Source: a virus | Taxonomy: Duplodnaviria > Caudoviricetes | DNA: 64,000 bases | Direction: 5' to 3' (one strand) | IMG/VR virus record: IMGVR_UViG_2675903055_000001 | Location: 26,476-90,475 of that record | Shown: piece after piece, positions 27,150 through 34,617 of the stretch | Position numbering within the stretch: position 1 is the stretch's first letter | Layout of the letters: each line of letters opens with the position of its first letter | Notes under the pieces: model-generated | What the model saw: only the letters and a program-made list of their open reading frames with translations | Databases searched by the model: none | Told to the model about the DNA's origin: nothing | Made by a program: the position numbers and the translations under genes

Positions 27150-27245
27150 TCAGTTCATGTGCGGGCAGGCGCGGACCCACCAGCCGCAGCCGGGGCAGTA
27201 GGTGGGCGGGATGAGTCGGGTGGCCAGCGCGCGGATGGCGTGCAT
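27150..27245 (-). CDS. 31-aa Cys/His microprotein (not in ORF track)
   Basis: MHAIRALATRLIPPTYCPGCGWWVRACPHMN with CAGGAG RBS. Confidence 0.55.
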   Translation of the reverse strand: MHAIRALATRLIPPTYCPGCGWWVRACPHMN

Positions 27246-27329
27246 GATGTGGGTCTCCTGTCTCTCGTGTGGGATGGGTGGCCGCAGGGCCGGGATCGTG
27301 CAGCCACAGCCGGGCCCGGCCCTGCGGTG

Positions 27330-27548
27330 TCAGCGGCGGCGGGGCCGGTCGGCTGGGTTGATCTGCATGCCGAGGGCCTCACGCTGGCGCGGCTCCTCGG
27401 CGTGGAAGTCGGCCCAGGTGGCGCCGAGGTCGAATGCCCTCTGCTGCGCCTCTTCGACTGGAGGGTCGGGGAAGATCGTCGGCGGCCTGGTGAGGCTCAG
27501 CCGGATGGCCTCGGCGACGGCTTCCTTCATCTGCTGTTCCTGGTCCAC
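27330..27548 (-). CDS. Hypothetical protein
   Basis: VDQEQQMKEAVAEAIR..., GGAG RBS. Confidence 0.6.
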   Translation of the reverse strand: MDQEQQMKEAVAEAIRLSLTRPPTIFPDPPVEEAQQRAFDLGATWADFHAEEPRQREALGMQINPADRPRRR

Positions 27549-27562
27549 GGGTGTCTCCTTCG

Positions 27563-27799
27563 TCAGAGGTGGCGGATGATCCAGTCGAGGACGGCGATCC
27601 AGGCGAGGACGGCGAAGCCGCAGCCGGTGCGCCACGACAGCCGCTGGCGGACGCCTACGGTCTCGATGTGCTCGCCGTCGGGTCTGAGCCCGTGGTGGGC
27701 CAGCTGACGGTGACGGCCGCGGACGGCGCGCAGGGCGACGCGGGAGTGCACCGGTTCGGCGGTGGTGCCGCAGTCGTCGCACCGGTACTGGTAGGCCAT
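27563..27799 (-). CDS. Zn-ribbon plus C-terminal TM protein (plasmid/AICE spread-region type)
   Basis: YRCDDC..H..H, C-terminal hydrophobic helix. Confidence 0.7.
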   Translation of the reverse strand: MAYQYRCDDCGTTAEPVHSRVALRAVRGRHRQLAHHGLRPDGEHIETVGVRQRLSWRTGCGFAVLAWIAVLDWIIRHL

Positions 27800-27819
27800 C
27801 GGCGGGTCCTCTCGGGGGC

Positions 27820-27893
27820 GGTAGGCGGGTAGGTAGGAACGGGGTAGGCGGCGGGTAGGACGTGGGCTGACCTGCGGTTCCTACCGGGCTACC
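27820..27893. repeat. GGTAG(G) direct repeats (5) and inverted CTACC(GGG) (2)
   Basis: GGTAG at 27820, 27828, 27832, 27843, 27854; CTACC at 27881, 27889. Confidence 0.65.
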
Positions 27894-28611
27894 GGGCCGG
27901 GGGGTGGGGGCTGTTCGGGGTGTGGGGAGCGGGCGCTGGGCCGGGCTGTGGGTGGGGTGTGACGGGGGTGTAGGCGGGGCCCCGGTCGGGGCTGCCGGGC
28001 GGGCCGGGAGCGGGGGTGTCGGGGAGGTGCCCGAGCCCGTCCGGGAGGTCCCGGAGGAGGACCCCTTGGCGGTTGCGCTGACGGCCCCCCGCCGCCTTCA
28101 GGTTGAGTCCTTCGGTGACCGGGATGCCGGCCGCGTCGAGGGCCTGGCGGACGGTCTGTTTCGTGGCTCCGGGGAGGGCGTCGGCGATGGTGTCGAGGTG
28201 GGCGCCGCGCTGCCCGGTGTCGGCGGTGATCTCGCGGATGGCGAGGGCGACGATGTGCGCGGCCGGTGGCACGGCCTCGGCCGGCTGCTCCTCCCCCGGC
28301 TCGTCTTGATCGTTTCGGGGTGTGGGGGCGGGGGCCAGCGTCCATGCGGCGACGCACCAGGCCGCGGTCAGCGGCGTCATCATCGGCGGGTGCTGGTCGA
28401 CCAGGAGCACGATGCCGACCGCGCCCGCGGCTACCCCACCCAGGCGGGTCACGCTGCCCTGGGTGCCGTCGCCTGCGGCGACCCAGGCCGCGCCCCGTTC
28501 GAGCAGGGCGCGGCTGCCGGTGCACAGCGACGTAGCGAGGTGCCGGCCGGGGATGAAGGGGCGGGCGGCCTCCCGCGCTCGGGCCACTGGGCGGGGCTTC
28601 CGGTCGGGCAC
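27889..28611 (-). CDS. Membrane protein with C-terminal winged-helix-like domain and Pro-rich tail
   Basis: Two hydrophobic segments, then GAHLDTIADAL..TVRQALDAAGIPV..RQGV. Confidence 0.7.
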   Translation of the reverse strand: MPDRKPRPVARAREAARPFIPGRHLATSLCTGSRALLERGAAWVAAGDGTQGSVTRLGGVAAGAVGIVLLVDQHPPMMTPLTAAWCVAAWTLAPAPTPRNDQDEPGEEQPAEAVPPAAHIVALAIREITADTGQRGAHLDTIADALPGATKQTVRQALDAAGIPVTEGLNLKAAGGRQRNRQGVLLRDLPDGLGHLPDTPAPGPPGSPDRGPAYTPVTPHPQPGPAPAPHTPNSPHPPAR

Positions 28612-28612
28612 G

Positions 28613-29089
28613 TCAGACCCCCAGGACCTTCGCGAAGGAGGCGACGACGGAGGCGAGGACGCCCCAGATGCCGCCCGCACGGCCGGCGACGTAGGCCATC
28701 ACGAAGCCCCAGATCGCGACCTGCTTCAGCGTGAGCTTCTTCCAGTACAGGACGGCGGCGATGCAGCAGGCCGCGGCGCCCATGCCGACGTTGCCGAGGG
28801 GGCCGCCGCTGCCGCCGACGCCGAGCGCGGCCAGGAGGGTGCCGAGCAGGTCGGCGGGGGTGGACCAGATGCCGCCCGCGGCGGCGTAGAGGGTGGCCGC
28901 GAGCGCGCCGAGGAACAGCGCGAGCGTCCACGGCAACGGCCGGCCCTTGCCCGCGGCCTTGACGCCGAGGACGAGTACGACGGTGACGACCAGGGCGGCG
29001 CCGCCGGCGCCGAGATGGCCGAGGATCTCGCCCTGGCTGATGCCCGGCGACGGGGGCGCCATCGGCGTGGTGGATACGGCGGTGGACAT
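28613..29089 (-). CDS. Four-TM Gly/Ala-rich membrane protein (Spd-like)
   Basis: 158 aa, almost entirely hydrophobic. Confidence 0.75.
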   Translation of the reverse strand: MSTAVSTTPMAPPSPGISQGEILGHLGAGGAALVVTVVLVLGVKAAGKGRPLPWTLALFLGALAATLYAAAGGIWSTPADLLGTLLAALGVGGSGGPLGNVGMGAAACCIAAVLYWKKLTLKQVAIWGFVMAYVAGRAGGIWGVLASVVASFAKVLGV

Positions 29090-29101
29090 GACTTCTCCTG
29101 G

Positions 29102-29755
29102 TCAGAGGGAGGCGGGCGCGTACAGGCCCAAGGCGAGGACGGCAGAGGCGAGGGGGGCGCGGCAGATCCACGGGAGCGGGCCCCACCAGCCGCGGGTGCG
29201 GCGGTCGAGGACCTGGCCGAGGAGGACGACGATGCCGCTGCCGAGGAGCAGTGCGGTGGTGACGCTGTAGTCGCGGCCGCAGTCGGTGATCCAGCCTCCG
29301 AACAGGTCGACCAGGCCAAAGCTCCAGCCCAACGTGGCGGCGCTGCCGTTGTAGAGCAGGACCCAGGTGCGGTGCTCGACGTGCAGGTGCTGGCGGACCT
29401 GCTCGGCCCGCTGGTCGACGGCGCCCGTCTTGATGGTGGGCAGCCGCCGCCGGGGCTCGGGCGCCGGCTCCGGGGTGTCGGGGTCGGCCGTCAGCTCCTC
29501 GACGGGCTGGGGCTGGGCGCTCGTCTGCGGGCGCGGCACGGGCAGCTCGGCCTCGGGGGGCTCCGGGGGCCTGGTCCACCAGTCGGCGGCGGGCCCGGTG
29601 TCGGTGCCGTCGGCGTACAGCCGGTCCCACCAGTCGTCGTCGTGGCGGTCGGCTGGCTCGGGGGCGGGCTTGCGCCACGGCGGGAGGTTGTCGGCCCCGG
29701 CCGGCGCGGGCGGCATCTCGGGCGCGAGCGGGGGCTGCTGTCCGTCGCTGCTCAC
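29102..29755 (-). CDS. Membrane protein, acidic Pro-rich N-terminus and 3 C-terminal TM segments
   Basis: DDDWWDRLY; C-terminal hydrophobic helices. Confidence 0.7.
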   Translation of the reverse strand: MSSDGQQPPLAPEMPPAPAGADNLPPWRKPAPEPADRHDDDWWDRLYADGTDTGPAADWWTRPPEPPEAELPVPRPQTSAQPQPVEELTADPDTPEPAPEPRRRLPTIKTGAVDQRAEQVRQHLHVEHRTWVLLYNGSAATLGWSFGLVDLFGGWITDCGRDYSVTTALLLGSGIVVLLGQVLDRRTRGWWGPLPWICRAPLASAVLALGLYAPASL

Positions 29756-30078
29756 GAGTGGTCTCCGCACTGGTGGTCGCGGCCGTCGGCGAGCGCCGCG
29801 GCGAAGCCGGATTCGGGCCGGTAGCCGAGGGCGAGGCGGTGGCAGGGGCAGCGCCAGGCATAGCCGTGCACGGTGTACTCGCCCTGCGGGGACAGCACTT
29901 CGTAGTCGGCGCGGTGGACGGTGACGCGGGTGTCGGAGCGGCTGGTGACGGTGGTGATGACGCCGGACATGGCCGGCGCTGTCGACGTGCCGGTCGGGGT
30001 GGGCTCGGCTGCCTGCGTGGTGCTGGCCGTGGTCCAGCCCGGGGGCAGCGTGCCGGGGGCGGCGGGGGGGTCGGTCAT
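29752..30078 (-). CDS. Hypothetical protein with CPC..H.C motif
   Basis: Stop/start overlaps in operon. Confidence 0.6.
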   Translation of the reverse strand: MTDPPAAPGTLPPGWTTASTTQAAEPTPTGTSTAPAMSGVITTVTSRSDTRVTVHRADYEVLSPQGEYTVHGYAWRCPCHRLALGYRPESGFAAALADGRDHQCGDHS

Positions 30079-30083
30079 GACGA

Positions 30084-31601
30084 TCACTGGGTCTCCTGGG
30101 CGTCGAGGTGGCGGCGGATGGCGGACGCCTTGGACTGGCCGACACCGAGCCCCGACTTGAGGGCGCGGATGCCCGCGGGCTTGCCGTGGGTACGGCGGTG
30201 CTCGGCGTCGAGTACGCGCGCCCGGTCGAGGAGGGCGTCCGTACCTGGGGGTGTACTCGGCGTACTCGGCTCGGGTACGGGCGCGTACTCGGCGGCCGGA
30301 GCCGGGGGCTCGTCGGGGTGCTCCGCCGGTGCGTCGTGGGTGGTGCTCTCGGGGAGCCGGGCGTGTACCTGGGTACGGGTACGGTCCGCGGCGAGTACGG
30401 GCTCCGGGTCCTGTACCTCGGGGTGTACCTCGGTGTCGGGTACGTCGGCGGGTACGGGTGTCTGTGCTGGTGGGGCCGCGGGTACGGCCTGTACCTCGGG
30501 TGCGGGTACGGCCTCGGGTGCGGGCGGTTCGACCGGGTCGGGTACGGCGGGGGTGGCCGTGTCCAGGCGTGGCGGATTGCCCGCCCGGGTGGCCATCCGC
30601 ACCAGCGTCTCGGTGACGGGTACGCCGTACCCGGTGCACAGCGACGCGAGTCCGGCCGGGGTGCGATCCGGGTGCGCGGCGGCCACCCGGCGTACCGCAT
30701 CGAACCGGTCGAGGCGCTTGAGTTCGGCCGTGGTGATGCCGTGCGGGGTACGCAGGTACGGGGCGGGTACAGCCTCGACGGTCCACAGCGACGGCAGGGG
30801 TACGTCCTTCAGCGCGGCGGCACCGCGCCGTGCGGCGAGGAGCTGCATGAGCTGGTGCCGCTGCTGACCGTTGACACCGACCTGCGCGCGGGCAACCGCG
30901 GCGGCGAGCCGCTTCTTCCCCCACGGGCCAAGGCGGTCGCGGGAGGCGAGGCGGACGGCGCGGGCGGTGGCACGGTCGCGGGTGATCTGCTCGGCGTCCC
31001 GGTCCCGGGTCGCGAGCCCCGCGTAGGACAGGACCCGCTCGCGCAACTCGCGTCCGACGACGGCCAGCAGCCCGGAGGCGAGGGCCTGCGGGCGGGCGAT
31101 GCGAATCTCCAGCCCCATGGCGAGGTGCCACAGGATGCCGGCCATGACGGGCCCGATGACGGCGCGGACCGTGCCGCCGACGAGTCCGGACTCGGTGAGG
31201 GCGGGGATGACCTGGACGCCGGTGATGACCCACACGAGGACGCCGGGCGTTCCCGAGGTGCCGGCCGTGGTGTCGGTGGTGGTGGCGCGTTTGTGGGCTC
31301 GGGCGAGGAGCGCGCAGGCGAGGAGCGCGATCTCCCCTGCGGCGAAGAAGAACAGCCGCTCGTTCTGGCTGTGCATGCCGAGCCGGTGCGCGGCGAACCG
31401 CCAGCTCGTGTCCGCGGTGTAGCCGGTGCAGGCGGCGGCGCCGATCGACGCGACGACGACGGACGCGGAGGGCCGGGCGGCGGCTCGCAGGCCGCGGACG
31501 ATGAGCCACCCGGCGAGGACGAGCAGCCCGCAGACACCGACCGCGAGGACCGCAGCCGGGAGCGGGTTGGCCTGTGCCCAGTGGGCGGCGGGTGCGGTCA
31601 T
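30084..31601 (-). CDS. SpdB2/DUF2637-like membrane protein with C-terminal HTH
   Basis: 4-5 N-terminal TM helices, basic middle, Pro/Val/Glu linker, terminal GIRALKSGLGVGQSKASAIR HTH. Confidence 0.65.
   Translation of the reverse strand: MTAPAAHWAQANPLPAAVLAVGVCGLLVLAGWLIVRGLRAAARPSASVVVASIGAAACTGYTADTSWRFAAHRLGMHSQNERLFFFAAGEIALLACALLARAHKRATTTDTTAGTSGTPGVLVWVITGVQVIPALTESGLVGGTVRAVIGPVMAGILWHLAMGLEIRIARPQALASGLLAVVGRELRERVLSYAGLATRDRDAEQITRDRATARAVRLASRDRLGPWGKKRLAAAVARAQVGVNGQQRHQLMQLLAARRGAAALKDVPLPSLWTVEAVPAPYLRTPHGITTAELKRLDRFDAVRRVAAAHPDRTPAGLASLCTGYGVPVTETLVRMATRAGNPPRLDTATPAVPDPVEPPAPEAVPAPEVQAVPAAPPAQTPVPADVPDTEVHPEVQDPEPVLAADRTRTQVHARLPESTTHDAPAEHPDEPPAPAAEYAPVPEPSTPSTPPGTDALLDRARVLDAEHRRTHGKPAGIRALKSGLGVGQSKASAIRRHLDAQETQ
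30188..30805. repeat. In-gene GTAC-core iteron array (26 copies; main unit GGGTACGG)
   Basis: Hand count of 26 GTAC in ~615 bp; none seen in the 5' half of the same gene. Confidence 0.85.
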
Positions 31602-31795
31602 CGTCGTCGTGCTCCCCTGCGGGATCGTCGGATGCGGTGGTGGTGTGCGCGCCAGGAGGCGACCGCGGCGGCGCCCATGACGAGGACGCCGGGCCTGAAG
31701 TCGCCGAGCGCGGCGAGGAGGGCGAGGGCGGTGAACGTCCAGCGGGCGAGCGGCCCGCACAGTTCGTCCCGCAGCCGGGGGCGTAGGCGGGTCAC
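31598..31795 (-). CDS. Small two-TM membrane protein
   Basis: WTFTALALLAALG..GVLVMGAAAVASW. Confidence 0.65.
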   Translation of the reverse strand: MTRLRPRLRDELCGPLARWTFTALALLAALGDFRPGVLVMGAAAVASWRAHHHRIRRSRRGARRR

Positions 31796-31944
31796 CGGGG
31801 CTCCGTCCGGGTGCCGAGCCGCTCCAGCATGTGGGCGAGGGCGATGGCGTCGCAGAGGCTGATGAGCGGTCCGTGGAGGCGCCATGTGAGGAGGTGCCAC
31901 AGGAGTGCGGGGATGGCGGTGGTGGTGGGGTGTGGAAGGTTCAC
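31792..31944 (-). CDS. 50-aa hypothetical protein (not in ORF track)
   Basis: VNLPHPTTTAIPALLWHLLTWRLHG...; GGAG RBS, GTGA overlap. Confidence 0.55.
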   Translation of the reverse strand: MNLPHPTTTAIPALLWHLLTWRLHGPLISLCDAIALAHMLERLGTRTEPR

Positions 31945-31956
31945 GGTCGGCTCCGA

Positions 31957-31993
31957 GGCCGGGCCCGCCCTAGGGGTGGAGGCGGGCCCGGCC
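31957..31993. terminator. 13-bp stem-loop inside the spd-like operon
   Basis: GGCCGGGCCCGCC / GGCGGGCCCGGCC. Confidence 0.5.
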
Positions 31994-32003
31994 GGTTCGG
32001 GGG

Positions 32004-32204
32004 TTAGCTGCGTTGGCTGTTGCGTCGGATGTCGGCGTGCCGTTGGGCGTCGTCCCAGTCCTGGCCGGCGCGGAGCGCACGGTCCGCGCCGCCACCGGGC
32101 TTGCGGTGGTCGGCGCGGCGCCTGGCGGAGGCCCGGTCGGAGGCGGACTGCTTGCCGCTGTACTTGGTGTCGGCGAGTTCGCGGTCACTGCGGAAGAGAG
32201 CCAT
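32004..32204 (-). CDS. Small basic protein typical of Streptomyces mobile-element transfer regions
   Basis: MALFRSDRELADTKYSGKQSASDRASARRR..GQDWDD (family recalled, not searched). Confidence 0.7.
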   Translation of the reverse strand: MALFRSDRELADTKYSGKQSASDRASARRRADHRKPGGGADRALRAGQDWDDAQRHADIRRNSQRS

Positions 32205-32377
32205 CAGCCGGCCCGCCCCACGTGCTGACGCTGCTGCCCGTCGGTGCGGGGGTGGGCGCAGCAGTTGCGCCACGTTTGCCGGACGATGCCGTCTCCGGAG
32301 GTGTCCTCGACATAGCCGCCGCTGCCGTCGCACTGCTGCTCTTGGGTACCGGGCTCGGCCGGCTCGACGGCGGTCAC
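32204..32377 (-). CDS. 57-aa hypothetical protein
   Basis: CDGSGG..CC.H; overlaps both neighbours. Confidence 0.55.
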   Translation of the reverse strand: MTAVEPAEPGTQEQQCDGSGGYVEDTSGDGIVRQTWRNCCAHPRTDGQQRQHVGRAG

Positions 32378-32682
32378 AGCGTCACTCCCTCGTCGAGGGC
32401 GATCTGGATGCGGCGGTGGAGCAGGCGCGGCGGGGTCGGCTCGTGCGGGTTGCCGATCACCTTGAGGGCGGCCTCCACGTCGTCGCTCACGGCGGGCCCG
32501 TTGCTGCCGTGGATGCGGCGGGCGTGGAGGCCGAGGAGCAGCGGCACGTCGAGAACGCCGGGCCCACCGGCGCGGCTGATCGTGCCGTCGAGCCCGGTGA
32601 GGGTAGCGGTGAGGAGCTGGACGACGCGTTGCGTCGGACTGTCGGGGTCGGCGTGGGTGCCGATAGCATCCGGCATGGTCAT
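32374..32682 (-). CDS. Hypothetical protein, first gene of the spd-like operon
   Basis: AGGAGG RBS, MTMPDAIG... Confidence 0.7.
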   Translation of the reverse strand: MTMPDAIGTHADPDSPTQRVVQLLTATLTGLDGTISRAGGPGVLDVPLLLGLHARRIHGSNGPAVSDDVEAALKVIGNPHEPTPPRLLHRRIQIALDEGVTL

Positions 32683-32716
32683 TCCTCCTGGTAGCGCAGG
32701 TAGGGGTGACTCCCGC

Positions 32717-32822
32717 GCCCGTGTGCGACCACGGGCCGGGGCTTGACGGTGCCCGGTGTGCGACCACCGGGCACCGTCGGTTTGGTGCGGCCCTGGTTCG
32801 TGTGCGACCACGAACCAGGGCC
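32717..32822 (-). repeat. Three tandem hairpins with identical GTG-TGCGAC-CAC apex but different stems
   Basis: GTGTGCGACCAC at 32721, 32756, 32800; stems of 7, 14 and 14 bp. Confidence 0.9.
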
Positions 32823-32846
32823 TTGTGCATTGGCAGCGTGGGCTGC

Positions 32847-32883
32847 TTGTCACCAATGTATGGGCACCCATACAATTAGGCAA
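32847..32883. promoter_or_regulatory. Overlapping divergent sigma70-type promoters sharing a palindromic operator
   Basis: Plus: TTGTCA(32847)-18-TACAAT(32871). Minus: TTGCCT(32883)-17-TACATT(32860). Operator TGTATGGG-CA-CCCATACA at 32857-74. Confidence 0.85.
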
Positions 32884-32908
32884 GCGGCTCCCGAAGATGA
32901 GGAACGGG

Positions 32909-33220
32909 ATGACCGAAGAACCCATCGACCAGGAGGCGCAGCGTGTGTTCGACGCTCTCGACGAAGTGGAAGCGATGACCGACCCGCTGGCCCGGGCGCG
33001 CGTGATCGGCTTGCTCCTGAAGGACCAAGCGAAGCGCAACAAGAAGTTCCACGAGTACCGGCGGCAGGTCGTCCTCGAACTGCGCGAGCAGAAGGTGCCC
33101 TACCGCAAGATCGCCGAACAGTTGGGCGTGTCACTCGGCACGGTCCAAGACATCGAGCGTGGGGCAGGCCGCTGGACACAACGCCCGAGGAAGGACTCGC
33201 CGCAGGATGCACCCGAGTAG
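32909..33220 (+). CDS. HTH repressor of the spd-like module
   Basis: VPYRKIAEQLGVSLGTVQDIERG HTH; divergent from the operon. Confidence 0.85.
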   Translation: MTEEPIDQEAQRVFDALDEVEAMTDPLARARVIGLLLKDQAKRNKKFHEYRRQVVLELREQKVPYRKIAEQLGVSLGTVQDIERGAGRWTQRPRKDSPQDAPE

Positions 33221-33262
33221 CAGCGGCCGGTTGGTTCGGCCTCGCCTCCGAGGAGACCACCG

Positions 33263-33799
33263 ATGAGCGCGTCAAGCGACTCCGCCGCCAAGCCCCGCCG
33301 TGCCGCTGTGTACCGCCTGTGGGACTCCGAGGGCAACCTCTTGTACATCGGCTCGGCCTACGACCCGGACCACCGTTGCCAGGCCCACAGGCAACAACCT
33401 TGGTGGCCGGCAGTCACACGCCGCACCGAAGAGTGGCACGCGGGGCGCCGCAACGCATACATCGCTGAGCTCGAAGCCATAGCGAAAGAACGTCCCACGC
33501 ACAACTTGATGGGCACGCTGGAGTACCAGACGCCCAGCACCGAAAAGGTTCAGCGCCGGAACGAGCTCGCACCTCTCCGAGGGCGTCTCACCCGAGAAGC
33601 TGACCTGCTGGCAGCGAGGGTGACTCGCGAGTCGCGAGCCGCGGGCGCCTCCAGTTACGAAGCAGAGCGGGCTGGCAAGCTGGCAGCGATCGACTTTCTG
33701 GAAGACACGGGCCTATTCGATGGAGCGGTCAAATGGCGGCGAAGGCAGGTGGCTTACGATGCGCGCCGCCACGAAGAGGAGCAGCGTGATGACAGCTGA
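33263..33799 (+). CDS. GIY-YIG nuclease family protein
   Basis: AVYRLWD..LLYIGSA..R..H..PWW..E..AI..P.HN. Confidence 0.85.
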   Translation: MSASSDSAAKPRRAAVYRLWDSEGNLLYIGSAYDPDHRCQAHRQQPWWPAVTRRTEEWHAGRRNAYIAELEAIAKERPTHNLMGTLEYQTPSTEKVQRRNELAPLRGRLTREADLLAARVTRESRAAGASSYEAERAGKLAAIDFLEDTGLFDGAVKWRRRQVAYDARRHEEEQRDDS

Positions 33800-33920
33800 G
33801 GAGTCGGAGCCGGTCTACTGGTGGTGCAACTCGTGCGGCGAGGAGGTCCAGGACGAGACCGTCGAGTGCTGCGGTGACGGCGAGATCGTCCCCTCCTACG
33901 ACGAGAGCGGTGCCCGATGA
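33789..33920 (+). CDS. 43-aa acidic zinc-ribbon protein
   Basis: WCNSCG...ECC. Confidence 0.55.
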   Translation: MTAEESEPVYWWCNSCGEEVQDETVECCGDGEIVPSYDESGAR

Positions 33921-33961
33921 CGGCGGACCACCCCGACTACCGCGAGGAGTGGCGGCCGTGA
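33917..33961 (+). pseudogene. C-terminal remnant of a DUF6221-like gene
   Basis: MTADHPDYREEWRP matches ADHEEYRQEWRP of 25349..25744. Confidence 0.6.
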
Positions 33962-34251
33962 GCGTGCAGGAGCTGACAGCCGAGCAGATGGCCGAGCTGC
34001 GCTGGCAGTTGAACAGCCGCCCCGTGCGGGCCCTCGGCACCATTGCGCGGGGTGAGCCTCTGCCGCCTCTGCCGCGCTGCCCTGGGTGTGGTGCGGTAGC
34101 CGAGCGCGTGGATGAGCGGCTTGAGGACCCGCAGTTCGGTGTGTATGAGACGGCGCTGCTGGCCCGGTGGCTGCCATGCGGCCACCGGTTCCGTGGGATC
34201 GTCGACCCGTTCGCGGAATCGGTGCGCCCGGGCGGGAGGTGGCGGCCGTGA
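33958..34251 (+). CDS. Hypothetical zinc-ribbon protein
   Basis: CPGC...PCGH; GTGA overlaps. Confidence 0.6.
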   Translation: MSVQELTAEQMAELRWQLNSRPVRALGTIARGEPLPPLPRCPGCGAVAERVDERLEDPQFGVYETALLARWLPCGHRFRGIVDPFAESVRPGGRWRP

Positions 34252-34511
34252 CTGCCCGGCCGCCGCTGGTCACGGACCACTGGTTCCGTGAAGGCCCGGT
34301 CCAGCCCGACGGCTCGGACGGCTATTGGATCTGCGGCCGCTGTGGCCAGCACCGGGGCGACCATCTGCAAGTCGAAGGTGACTGGCTGCTGCCCCTGCAC
34401 GCAGTCGTCCCCATGCGGATTCGGCCGAGGCACTGCAAGGCATGTGGCAGGGAGCGACGCCATACGACGCACACCCCGTGGAGGTGGGAGTCCTTGGGGG
34501 CCGCGGAGTGA
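34248..34511 (+). CDS. Hypothetical zinc-finger protein
   Basis: CGRCGQH..H, HCKACG..H. Confidence 0.6.
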   Translation: MTARPPLVTDHWFREGPVQPDGSDGYWICGRCGQHRGDHLQVEGDWLLPLHAVVPMRIRPRHCKACGRERRHTTHTPWRWESLGAAE

Positions 34512-34617
34512 CCGGTCTCGTTCCGCGCCCGTCGGCGGAGTCGTCGGCCGGCTGGCCCGACCCCGGCGACGTGTGAGCGCCCCGCCCGGTTGGGCGGGGC
34601 GTCGTCGTGTGCGGCGG

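Noticed and set aside
27889-31601. TraB/FtsK conjugative translocase or a complete AICE
   Set aside because: No Walker A/B or FtsK motifs, no Rep or integrase in the module; flanks are ordinary phage genes
32717-32822. Triple repeat as a mini-CRISPR array
   Set aside because: The constant part is only 12 nt and the variable parts are self-complementary stem arms, not spacers; no cas genes in the window
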